Below are positions 37,101 to 49,199 of a DNA stretch of 64,000 nt, in pieces. The notes below the pieces were generated by a model. That model was not told the DNA's origin. It worked only from the letters and a program-made list of their open reading frames with translations, and did not search any database. This DNA is from Cenococcum geophilum (Eukaryota), in NCBI GenBank assembly GCA_050273025.1, contig CP158635.1, positions 29,822,001-29,886,000 on the forward strand, written 5' to 3'. Position numbers and translations under genes: made by a program. Every line of letters starts with the position of its first letter. Position 1 is the first letter of the stretch.

Positions 37101-40100
37101 CTATTACGTATTTCCTAATCTATACGTCTACTAATCAGTATCGGTATACTCGCTTTATTAACGTGCATAAATATTACTTGTAGTGGTACGTATGCGGTGT
37201 TGAAGTTAGTAGTTAATTATTGTCTAGAAGAAAGGGGTTGCTCCAAGGTCAGACAGTTAGTCTCGCTTCGTAGTCCCGTGACTACGTCACGTGATTAATG
37301 TTCCGATACAAAGACTTAAGCTATTTTTTTTTATAATTACGTATATAATAAAGAAATTTTTTATAAATCCTATTTAAGTACCTAATTGGCAAGGAAGGCC
37401 TACTATATAGGAGTTAATTGCTATTTGCATTGGTGTACAAATTGCCCCAGTAGTCCGCCATTTAATTATCGCATAAAATTACCAAAGGGACACTATATGC
37501 AAGCACTGCTTTTTGTATAGGGTTATAAACATTAGATTTAGAATGTATAGTAGTTATTTATAAGTTCTACTTATTTTGGTCTATATTGATTAATTCGTTG
37601 TAAAGAAAATAGGTTAACAAGTTAGTGATTTAATTTTAGTTTAGTGGCCGAGTTCGGGGGCTAACCGAGTTCTAGGGGTTCGAGCTTAATAGAATTTAGC
37701 AGAACCTCGCACCGGCAAGTTGCTACAGATTGCTGTATATTACGGTTACGTGACGCGAAGATCTTATAAAATATTAAACGGCGCTGCTCTTCTTCTCCTT
37801 TCCTTTCCCTAGCTTTAGATTCTCGTTTATAAACAATCCAATTTTATAGGCTTGCGCGTCCCTTTTGCCGTACCTATACCTTAATTAACTAAGTCGCTAA
37901 TATTATCTAAAGCTTACTCTACTCTTTTTTCCTAAGAAGGAACTTAAATATATTTATAAGAATATAGAATAGGACCTTAAGGACATTACTAGGACTATAA
38001 GGATAGGACCTAAAAGAAAAGAATAAAACCCTAAGAAAAGGACCTATAAGATACACACAGACTAGAACCCCTAAAGAAATTATCTAGAATTACCTAATAC
38101 CCCTACTACTATGCCATAAAACATAGTAGTAGGTAAAGCAGCTATAGGACCCTTAAATACCTTAAATAAAGAAATAATTAACATTTTAACCCCCTAGGCG
38201 GAGCTTATGGCTACTAATGCTAAAATTAAACGACTGCGAGAGCTACTTAAAGCTAGAGATACCCCTATATCTAATAATAAGTTATTATTAGATAACTAAA
38301 GACTTACTATAGTTTTTTAGGCCCTATTTTAGCGCCTTAGTGGATTAAATAAGGCCTATATAGTACTAAAGCGGTTAATAAAGGTTATAAATCCCCTACT
38401 ACTTATAGACGGAACTAACCCTATATTTAATAATTAGAAGCTTTAATTACGGAATAAGCTTAAAGTTAATGCAGACTACTTCCCTAACGCCCGAGCTAGA
38501 ATAGTTTATATCTTCGGCCGTACTAGCGGAGATACCTAGATGTATTTACGCCTATAATACACTAAAGACTTAATAAACCCCTTTATCTCTAAAGAAGAAA
38601 TAATTAAATACTTGTTTTTTATTTATAAAGACCTTTTTAAAGTATAAAACGCCTACTTTAGCTATAAAAGCCTAAATGTAAAAATAACGGAGACCTTTTT
38701 AGCCTTTTAAACCCGATTTTTATACCTAGCTAGACAGGCCTAGATCCCCTAAAAAGACCTACTACTAGACCTCTTTAATAAGCTTACCCTAGACCTATAG
38801 CGGGCCGTATTACTAGCTTATACTACGGTATAGATATTAAAGGAACTTATGGACTATTACCTAGCTATTAACTAAGGCCTCCGTTAAATTAAGGCATGCG
38901 CTAATTAGCTAAAAACTAGAAACCTTATAAACTAGGCCGTAAGTACTATAAGTACGGTCTATAGTGCCCTAGTATAATTAGTAACTCCTATAGTTAACCT
39001 AGTAGCTAGCTATATAGCTACCCCTATTACGGGCCTAGTGTATACCCGGCCTATATATAGTAACCCCTATATATAGACCCTTAGCGATTAAGGAGCTTAC
39101 TTCTTATACGGTTAAATAGGCTACCCTATAAGGAACTACTTAATAAAGGTAAAGATAAATAAGGTCTTATTAATTTAGAAGGATAGTATAGAGCTAGAAA
39201 AAGAGGAACTTTAGAAAAAGACTCCTCTTTAGGGTTAAAAGGAATTAATATATTATATATTAATCTAGGTTAGCTAGTTAGCAGAAGAAGCTATACTATC
39301 CCTTATACTTTATTTTATAATAGATATTAAGTTTTAACCTCTGCTTTAGCTAACTTAGGAGTAAATACCTTTACCTTAATTAATATAAAGTGCGCTGTAA
39401 AACTAGCTGACTTTTTAAATACACCCCTTAAAGAACTGCCTAAATTAATCCCTATTTGCGGTTATAACGGACGGATAAAACCGCCTATTATAACTATTTT
39501 ATAAATTTACCTCCGCGTTAACAGATAAAGGTAATATAATATCCCCTTCCTTATTACGGACCTTAGAAGCTATAATATAATCTTAGGGAGAAAATAGCTA
39601 GCCTATTTAGGCTTATAGCTTAATATATAAAATAGGCAGCTTATCTAGCCTAAAACTATACCCCTAACGCCTTTCTTTATAAAAGAGATTAGTATTATAA
39701 TAGAAAACCTTATACGGCTATAGATAAACACCGTTTACTAGGCTAATATAACGTATAGGGACTAGGCTTTTAAGAAGGATATATAGCTTAATCCGCAACA
39801 GATCTATATACTACGCCGCCCCTAAACTACCTATATTATACTACCCGCACTAAAGACTTAGGAAGTTAGTAGTAGCCTAGCTAAGTCCCTAATAGAGAAC
39901 TTAGGCCCTACGCAGCTATAAAGAAAGGCTAGGGATATTAGATAATATACTAAACTAATAGACTAGAAGAATAACTTACGGAAAATAAAATATAAGCTAA
40001 GGAAGACTATAAACCCTATGCCGTAAAATACGGCCTAATAAATATCTATAAAGAAACCCACGGACCTCCTACTAGTTAATATCTGCTATATTAGCGCTAT

Positions 40101-43100
40101 AGGATTCTACTAGAACCTAGTTTAGCTTAATACTATTACCTTTATAACTAGCTTATACGAAATTAATTAAATAATTAAAGAAAAAAAAGCCCTAGCCTAA
40201 AAGAAAGGCAAGCTTATAGATAAGGAGCTAGTAAAATAAAAACTGCCCTATTAATACTAGAAATTTAAAGATACCTTTTCTAAAGTAGTGTTTAATATAC
40301 TCCCGCCTTACCAACCATATAACTATAAGATTAAAATTAAGCCGGATAAGGTAGTTACCCTTAGCTATAGCCCCCTCTAATAGTAATTTATTGCTAAATT
40401 ATAGGCTACAAAGCAGTATCTTATTAATAACCTAGATAAGGGCTTTATTAAGCCTAGTTAAGCCCCTTTTAACTTACCTATTTTCTTTACTAAAAAGCTA
40501 AATAAAGAACTTTGTTTCTATATTGACTACTATAAGCTTAATAATTTAACCCTTAAAGACCGCTACCTACTACCTTTATTTAATAAGACTTTAGCCTAAA
40601 TAAGTAGAGCTAAGATCTTTATAAAGTTTAATATCTGCTAGGCTTTTTACTAAATTAGGATAAACCCTAAATTAGGATAAACCCTAAATTAGAAAACCTT
40701 ATTATATTTTAAACCTATTATAGAACGTATAAATATAAAGTACTACCTTTTAGACTAACTAACGGACCGGCTATATACTAACAATATATAAATAACATAC
40801 TATTTAACTACCTTAATAACTTCTATACAGTATACCTAGAAAATATTATAATCTACTCTAAAAATAAACTAGAATATAAAGAGCATATCTATAAAGTCCT
40901 ATAATGGCTTTAGGAAGCTAGCCTCTAAGCTAATATTAAGAAGTTAGAATTTAGTATTAAGCATATAAAGTATTTAGGGTTTATTATTAGTATAAACGGG
41001 ATTAAGGCAGACCTAGAAAAGACGGCTATAATTAACTAATAGGTACCCCTAAGGACTATAAAGGGGGTATAGTTATTCTTAGGATTCTATAACTTCTACT
41101 AACGCTTTATTAAGAACTATAGCAGAATTACCTAGCTACTAAGCCTACTTACCTATAAGGACCGGCCCTTTTACTTTAACACCGTATATAGGCAGGCCTT
41201 TAATAAGCTTAAGAAACGACTAGTCTCTACTCCTTTACTTACCTACTTTAACCTAAAACGGCCCTTAATGCTAGAAACCAATGCCTTAGATAGTGTTATA
41301 GCTAGCGTTTACTCCTAAGGGCAGATAGACGGAGAATGGTATTCTATTACTTACTATTTAAAGACTATAGTAGATACTGAGCTAAACTACCTAATTTACG
41401 ACAAAAAAATGCTAGCTATTATCTCTAGCTTTTAGCACTAGCGAGCCTAACTAAAAGGCACCCTTAAGTCTATCTAGGTAGTTTCCGATTATAAGGTCTT
41501 AGAATATTTTATAATAATAAAGGCCCTTATAGCCTAATAGGCGCGCTAGGCAGATACCCTATCTTAGTTTAACTTCCTAATTATATATAGGCTAGGCGCC
41601 ACTAATCGTGTAGATGTTTTTATAAGGTATAAATAGGATATAAATAACTAGATAGCCGTAAAGATCTTATTATAGACTTAAGCGCTATTATAACTAAAGT
41701 ACCTTAACTTTTAAATACGGGCAGAACTAAATATAGACTCTTTAGATGCCGAGATATACCCTATTAACTCTATAGAACTAAGCCTTATTAATAAACTACT
41801 ATAGGTAAACTATACGTCCCCTTCTCTACAGGAGTACTATAAAAAGGTAAAGAACGTTTCTAGCCTATAGTCCTTTAAAAGTAGACTATTTAAGCACCAC
41901 GAATAGCTAGTGGTAGTAGAGGAATAGAACTTACGGACTTAGCTTATTGCCGAAGCATATACCTAAGTCTCTACGGCTTGCCTAAAAAAAACCCCCCCAT
42001 AGGATTATTAGCGACCGCTACTACTAGCCTAGAATAATTATAAATATTAACCGCTATATACGGAACTGTAATAACTACTATAGGTTTATAACTCTATAAG
42101 ATAAAACCTTAGGACTATTAAAACCCCTTCTAATACCTAACTACCCCTAGTAATATATCTCTATAAACTTTTATAAGCTACCTTTAGACTATAATAGATA
42201 TAATATAGTTATAATCCTAGTTAACTACTTTAGCAAGCGCCTGTTTTTAATTCCCTATTATAAAAATATTAATGCTAAAGAGGCGGCCTAATTATATATC
42301 TATTACGTCTACCAAATTTATGGACTACTAGATACTATTATATCTAACTATAGGCCGTAGTTTATATCAGCCTTTTAAAATAAGTTTACCTAGATTTTAG
42401 GTATTAAGCTAAAGCTTTCTATAGTATATTACCCCTAAATAGACGGTTAAACGGAGATTATAAATTAATACTTGGACTAGAGACTCCGGCCTTTTATTAA
42501 CTACTTTTAGAATAACTAGGCTAAACTATTGCCCTTAATAGACTACGCCTAAGCAACCCTACCCTATAACTCTACTAAACCCGCCCCTATTTAACTAGAA
42601 ATAGGTTACCTACCCTATATAAGCTTTAACTAGAAAAGACTTAAAGGGCCCTAGATTATACGCGAAAAACTATCTTATAAGGAAGCCTAGCAGTACGCTA
42701 AGCGCTTAAAAGAAGCCTAGAAAGTAGCCTATATAAACCTAAAAAAGGCCTAGAAATTAATAAAATAGTAGGCAAATAAGTATAGACGTAAGCCTAACCC
42801 TACTATAGGTAATATAATTTAGGTTATAATAAAGAACTAAAAGATAGAATAGCCTAGCCGTAAGCTAGACTATAAGATAGTAGGACTATATAAGATTCTT
42901 AATAAAGTAGGCAACTTGTATAAGGTTAAGCTCCTAGACTTAATTAAAGTTTACCCTATCTTTTTACCGGATAAGCTATAGAAAGCTATAAATAACCTAC
43001 TACCTAAATAAAAGAATAAACCTCCCCTACTAATTTAAGTTAATGGTAATAATAAATAGGAAATTAAAGAAATACTAGCCTATAAACTTATAAAGGGAAC

Positions 43101-44865
43101 GCTAAAGTATTATATTAGTTAAAAAGGATATAACCTAGACCCTACTTAGTACCCTATATAGAACTTTATAGGTAGTCCCTATAAGCTTTAGGAGTTTTAT
43201 AGCTATTACCCTAATAAACTTAGACTACTAAAGTACCTAAATAAGTAGATAGAATGCTAGTATAATAAAGATAATAAGCTACTAGAAGAATATAAGGATA
43301 AAAATACTTTAGAAATTTCTTAGTTATATAAGGTCTTAAGATATCTAGAAACTTTAACTAGCGGTTAAAGTTATCTAATTAGTTAGATTCTCTTACTAAG
43401 ACTTTTAGTAATAAAGCCTAAGGGTAGGCTTTTTTAGAGGGGGGGGTAATATTATAGTACTAATAAAACTTAGCAGAACCTTATACTGGCAAGTTGCCAC
43501 AAATTGCCGTATATTGCGGTCACGTGACGCGAAGATCTTATAAAACATTAAATGGCGCTGCTTTTCTTCTTCTTTTCTTTTCTTAGCTTTAAATTCTCGT
43601 TTATAGACAATCCAATCGTATAGGCTTGCGCGTCCCTTTTGCCGTGCCCACGCCTCGATTAACTAAGTTGCTAATATCCTAAATTAATTAATCCAAACGC
43701 CAATAATATAAAGGAGGTACTTAAGCTTAAGCTATAGGGCCAAAATTATATTTACTATATCGCCTTAATAAAGAAATATACGTTACTAATATAGCTTTAG
43801 GGTGAGGATCTATAGCAAAAGAAAAGCGACGGCTTAGCGATATACTACTACTATTACCTTTATAAGAAGTTAAAGAAGTTATAGGAGCTTCCTATTATGT
43901 TAACTAGAAGATCTCCTATATTAGCTTACCACTATTAATATTACTAAAGAAGGCTTTAAAGGCACGAGTTGCCGCGTATAAAAAGGCTATAGAGGATACT
44001 ATAAAGGCAACGGTAGTAGTGGAGGACACCCTAGCGGAGCTAAGTAAGCTAATTAAGCTAAATTTAGATAATAGGAATAATAGCGACGACGACGCCTACG
44101 CTGCCTTTAAGCATATTAATAATATTAAGGCAATTAGGGTAGAAGAGAAGGAAGATTTTATTTTAGACTAAGCAATTTAGGCTCCATTTAATAAGCTTAA
44201 TTAAATCTTCCTTTCTTACCTAAACACCCACCTAATGCTAAGACTTACTATTTATAGTATATATTTGATCTGGAGCTGCATTGGAGTCCTGGAGCTCCAC
44301 CAGCTTTTTGGCGTATGGAGTGGATTTGGGGGTCAAATCCACTCCACTCCAATCCAATAAGATCACTGCGAGGAGCTAGAGCGCAATTGTCTCCACAGAG
44401 GCTCAAGACTTTAATTTTGTCACTGGAGCGCCTAAGAACCCCCTGACACCTGAACGCCCGCGGACCCTGTTGGCTCCGCTGCTGCGGCCCCAGTTCTTGT
44501 ACAAGTATGTACTAACTTAACGATAGAGCTTGAGCTCCTCCTCCTTCCTCCTTCCTCCTCATTCAACGTCTTTGAATCTGCACGCATAGCTAGCAGACGT
44601 AGCAATAGTCCAATCTTTAATTACTATTCAATTTACCTTTGCCAGCTCCGTGACAAATCTGGTCCTTCGCTTTACACAATACCTTCCGGTGCGACAGGGA
44701 GAGATAGGCTGGAAATCGGCGAAGAATCTCCTTGCGGAATCTCTTTCAGCAGCTCATCAGACAACACCTGAATATTGACCAAATGTGAAGGAGATCGAAG
44801 ACACGATATGTAAAATCAGCCGTAACCGTGCAGAGAAGGATCAGACGAGGCTGTCATAGGTAGTG

Positions 44866-46180
44866 TCAATTCTCTATCCCAAACAGTCTCAGCATGATTC
44901 TGCTATCTTCTTGAAGTAACTGCTCTACGTTCGTAGCGTCTAACATCTCCTCGATATCATCACCCGCTCTTTCTATGTACCAAGCGCCCTTCCGCACTAT
45001 TTCTTGAATGAGGACGCTGCTTTCCTTTTGAGGCGAATCCGGCCACTCTCTCTCAACGGCATTATTTATCAGCTCCCGGCCATGCAGGATCAGCGCCGAT
45101 CGAAAAACCTGGAGGCTCTCTGAAGGCACCTCGGGGTCCCGCTGAGTTACACTCAACCCTGTTGGCAGTTTCAGATGCGGCTGTGGGAGCCATTTTGAAC
45201 TGTGCTGCCGGTATGCCGAGCAGACACCTTGGATCAGCAAATTTATGGCGCTCTGGCGTGGGCTGTGGGGTGAAGCGGCCAGCAAGAGCAAGTGCAAGGA
45301 CGCCAGAAATTGCGGCATGTCTCCATTTGGACCTCGGCCGACGCCGGAGAACTCCCAATCAATAATACCCAGAGGTTGGTCCCCGTCAGATACCGCGAGG
45401 AGGACTGCACCGGGAGTGAAATCACCTAGAGCGAAGCATCGCTCCATTGGCAGATCATCTCGTTGATAGTCTGTGAGTACTCGAGAGGAAAGGCTGTGAA
45501 CGCCAGGAATGTTGAATCGAGTAAGGTAGTCCTTAATAGTCATTACCGCTGCTTGAAGGACTAGATCTTTGCCGAGAGGGTTTTGGACGTCACCAGACAT
45601 CCATATGCTGACTTGTTCCAGTGAATTCGGTGAGTGCAGCCTGGCAAAGAATTCTCCTATTCTTGAGCCAATTTTTGGACAAGCTTCCTGAGCACTTATT
45701 GATGTAAAGGTGGTTTCATTTGGGATGGCTGCGAGATATTCATAGAGAGTGAGCAAAGGTCCTAGGTCTTGAAAGACGAGAACATGTTCTTCTGGACTGT
45801 GATAGAGTAGCTCCGGGACTGAGACTGAACTAGGCCGTCCGAGGTCGGAAAGAGGTCCTTGAGGAGAGGTAAACTGGGCCAGAGCTCGAGCCTCCATCAG
45901 CTACACAAATCAGTATCTTGTAATGCATGTTTGATTTGAATGTAGGCGGTCATACTTGGCGGTCCTGAGAGAAAGGAGCTGCTTCTCCAATCATGGCAAC
46001 AAAAGGCGGAGCGTATTTCAGAATTAGGGTGTCATGTTTTGGGAAGATACTGCCGTCAACAAAAGGCGAAAGCTTCGTCGCACGGACTGTTAGATTGACG
46101 AGTCCACCGGTAAGGGACTGATATTTGTATTTCTGAGAGGGGTCAACCTTGGAGAGAAAAGCCTCGAAGTTGAATGCCAT
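44866..46180 (-). CDS. Protein-kinase-like small-molecule phosphotransferase (APH/choline kinase fold, 5-methylthioribose kinase-like)
   Basis: Exon 1 46180-45956, intron 45955-45901, exon 2 45900-44866. Motifs LTGGLVNLTVRA, LILKYAPPFVA, EARAL, FQDLG, GDFTPGAVL, IIDWEF. Confidence 0.85.
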
Positions 46181-46627
46181 TGAGAAGAGCTATGATTTGA
46201 CAATACTTTAGCAATTTTGCTGCAGGAGATAAAAAGTGAGGGTCCCGGTGGAGGAAAATGTCGCTGAGTGTAGTGGTGTGTCGCTTAGACTAGCGGCGTG
46301 CCCTTGCAGGGTACATTGAGGGGTGAATCGAGAGCAATCTGCATACAGGCACGATAAGCGATAGGTGGCATTCCTCTTTCGTGAACTAACTATTCGGCTG
46401 CGATAAACCAGAGTGGCGTGATAGGTGAACCAAGATGCAATTCCTCATGTTATAAACGGCCAACTGCCCTGCAGGATCTGGACCACGCCGGCCTAGACTC
46501 GTCTAAATAATGCACAGTGCTCAAATAAATTAGTGCGGGCACCTTGTTGAAATCAACTTACTCGTTTTTCCCTTCCCAATTTAATGTCTCAAGTCCAAGA
46601 GTTTATGGCTGTTTCTTCCGAGACACA

Positions 46628-48605
46628 ATGACGAACCAGCTTTCCAACACGACTTCAAACGCGGTAATTTATACGACATATGTGGCTTTCTTCGTTTTTG
46701 GATTATTTGCCAGCTGGAAATGGGCAAGATCAAAAGCAGATTTCATTGCTTCTTTGCGTACGCAAAGCAGTATGTTTACTTACTCTGCAGCACGCTCGCT
46801 GCTGCTTCTCCATCGACCAGTGATGGCTAATTGCTTTACAGCAATACCGGTTGCTCTAAACTTTACCGCTGCTTGTAAGAGATCCAAATAGACAAGTAAT
46901 AAGCAACATATCTGGAATGCTAAGCTCATTCGCTCGGCAGCATTAGGAGCCTCTGTCTTCTATACCTACCCACAACTTGGAACTGTTGCCGGCATTGCTG
47001 GCATTACTATCTACGCAGTTGCTTCATCAGTCCCTATTCTTTCATTCGCGTATTTCCCTCCTATTGTGAGGGAGAGCCTCCCAGAAGCCGAGTTATTTAC
47101 CCAATGGGTGCAGTGGAGGTATGGAACGGCAGTCCATGTGTGGGTCAGCGCATTAACGTACGTTTATTGCGATCTATACACAACAAAATTACGCTTACCA
47201 GGAATATTAAAATTCAGATTGGTCACCTTATTCGTATTCGCCATTGCGGAGCTTGCGTCAATTTCACAGGTCATTACTGCCCTGACTGGCCTCGACGGTC
47301 TTCCTGCTCTGATCTTAGAGTGCCTTTTCACTTCAATATATACAGGTAATTCATGCAAGCATTTCGTTATCCGATTTCTCCAAATCAGTGAGTTCTCAAT
47401 GTGGAAAAATATCCGCTAACTTACCTGTTAGCTTACGGAGGTCTACGGACTTCAATCATTACCGACAATGTTCAGGGAGCAATGATTGTAATGCTCATGG
47501 TATTATGTACTATCGCTATTGGAACAACCGTCAAAATCGATCGCTCCACAATACACAGCTCTGGACTTGTACAGCCAACGCAATTGTCATGGCAATTGCT
47601 CTTCATATTTTTCGTTGCCATTTTCTTTAATCTACTCATTATCGCCGTACGTATTACATTTTTCTATTTTATGCCATTATAGCCATGCAATGCTTACGGT
47701 TTTATCAGGCATTGTGGCAGAGAGCATTTGCGTCAAAAGATGACCGTTCCCTTCGCAGAGGCGTAGGAATCGCAGCCATCGCTATTTTCCTTCTGATCTA
47801 CCTACTGGGTTGGGCGGGAGTCATCGCCGCGTGGGCAAATGTTTGGCCTGGGAATCCGCCGCAGCCAGGCGCGGTAGCTTTCTTCCTTATCCTAGATACC
47901 CTGCCCTCGTGGATTGTGGCATTCGTAATCATCTTTGCCGTCTCACTCAGTATGGCAGGTAAGAATCGTTATGTCCAATGTCTATAGGCCGCTCAGTTGA
48001 TATCATTCTTAGCCTACGATTCCCTCCAGGTCGCTATGGTTATGACTGTCGCTCATGACATCTTTCGGAATAAGCTCCCATTGCGCTATGTCCGAGTTCT
48101 CGTCTTACTGATAAACGCGCCTATCATCGCCTTAGCCATCCGAAACGTCAATATAGTTGTTGTCTACCTCGTAGCTCAGCTCATTAGCGTTGCTGCAATG
48201 CCCCCACTGCTCTTAGGCATGTTCAAGCCATTCAATTTTATTCAAGGACCTGATGTTCTCCTTGGAGGCATTGGCGGTTATTTTTCTGTTTTCATATTCG
48301 GCACCATATATTTTGGAACGGCTCGAGAGGGTATCAAGCTTCTGGTTCTGCCTGAAGGGCTTCAGGCTGGCGACTGGTCTACTTTTGGTGCATTTGCTGT
48401 GGCGCCCATCGTTGCTCTTATCATTTGCTTTCTATTTTCGTTTTTGCGATCTTTGTTCGCCAAATGTCTCAAGTGAGTTCACCCTTATCACGTTATTGGA
48501 AATTTGCACACGCATGGGAGGCAGAGGCTAACGATGGTTAGTCAAGCCAGAATCTATCTCGGGGCCCAGTCCAATTCCTCATCTGAACAATCGCAACGAA
48601 GTTAG
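46628..48605 (+). CDS. Sodium:solute symporter family transporter (DUR31/NCU01977-like), ~8 exons
   Basis: Exon 1 46628-46769, exon 2 46842-46874, exon 3 from 46941, then further short GT-AG introns. Gives SNAVIYTTY, ALNFTAASLGASVFYTYP, YTAYGGLRTSIITDNVQG, WQRAFASK, AYDSLQ. Last exon 48542-48605 is tentative. Confidence 0.85.
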
Positions 48606-48704
48606 GTGATGTGAAGTGGCTAGGAAGACACTAGTTGGCAACCACACATGGATTGGCCTAGGTGTTTCTTAAGCTCTTGCGTCTTTCCCGGACCAAGTGA
48701 CATC

Positions 48705-49105
48705 CAGCGTGGTCAATTAAGCGGCCAGTCCGTAGACTGACCGTCGCCCGATTGATCGCCCAAATTTTAGCTGCCCAATCCAGTCAGTCCATGAGGTTAT
48801 CCGTCTTAATCCGGACTAGATCCGATTGATAGAGCTCTTAGTACCTCTCGATACGCGTAAAAGAGGGGAAGGACGCGTTTGCGTTGTTTTGCGTCCGTGC
48901 ATGGTCCGTGCATTCACTATTTCCCCCTAATTTACCCCTAAACTATACCTAAAAAGGCTTAAAGCTAAGCTATAAGCCCTATCCGCCGTCTACAGACGTT
49001 TGCAACCGGGCCTTATTAATCAGGCCAATCCGACGGCTCTAATTAAGAGGCCAATCTAGCTGTCTAAACCTTAACGATCCAGACGTCGGGCAACTAACCA
49101 CGCTA
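48705..49105. mobile_element. hAT-like MITE (401 bp)
   Basis: TIRs CAGCGTGGTCAATT / AACTAACCACGCTA; flanking 8-mers GTGACATC vs ATAACAAC (two G>A changes plus one mismatch) fit a decayed 8-bp TSD. Confidence 0.6.
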
Positions 49106-49199
49106 ATAACAACCTATGTTAGGTCTGTCCAAAATGCAGATATATGGACTTTAGTTCCTAAAAAGGCTTCCTAAACCTTTCCGGGCCATATCTATAGTT

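Larger units (their letters stand above)
33066..37308 (-). mobile_element. Internally deleted Ty1/Copia element (gag, protease, integrase start fused to RNase H)
   Basis: 170-bp LTRs 33066-33235 and 37139-37308; TSD CAAAG. Relics TPFLLCLADIDRL, VVRRFGHPFL, VDIMYINGSPLLYVVDEAT, then a jump at ~34118 to RNase H VFTDASFANNKDLSSQIG...CKRVTRSVLASEL. Confidence 0.92.
31416..37686 (-). mobile_element. pogo/Fot1-like Tc1/mariner transposon (~1.77 kb without nested inserts), RIPed
   Basis: TA|AGCTTAGACTCCTAGAACTCGGTTA ... TAACCGAGTTCTAGGGGTTCGAGCT|TA. Minus-strand relics PIQKAVLAYSVP (psq-HTH-like) and NTDKFRV (N-x-D-E-x-G-like). Confidence 0.82.
31403..43676 (+). mobile_element. Full-length Ty3/Gypsy chromovirus (family C) with its 5' LTR split by a DNA transposon
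   Basis: TSD TCCTA (31398-31402 / 43677-43681). 5' LTR = 31403-31415 + 37689-37902 (227 bp); 3' LTR 43450-43676 (227 bp) after a G-rich PPT. gag-PR-RT-RH-INT-chromodomain relics 37.9-43.3 kb. Confidence 0.93.
30861..44368. mobile_element. Outer TIR element (CAGTGATC termini, ~130-bp imperfect TIRs), ~1.2 kb once nested insertions are removed; superfamily unresolved
   Basis: 30861-~30990 matches the reverse complement of ~44237-44368 (CAGTGATC...CAAATCCACTCCAT...AGCTCCAG...ATATATACTAT.ATAGTAAGTCTTAGCA). No TSD recognised. Confidence 0.7.

Noticed and set aside
40651..40692. 17-bp tandem duplication in RT
   Set aside because: Ordinary post-inactivation slippage.
46181..47430. TPP riboswitch
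   Set aside because: Expected from the transporter family, but no aptamer core was found by eye.
30861..48700. Starship-like giant element carrying the kinase/transporter island
   Set aside because: No DUF3435 tyrosine recombinase seen, and the TIR pair closes before the genes.
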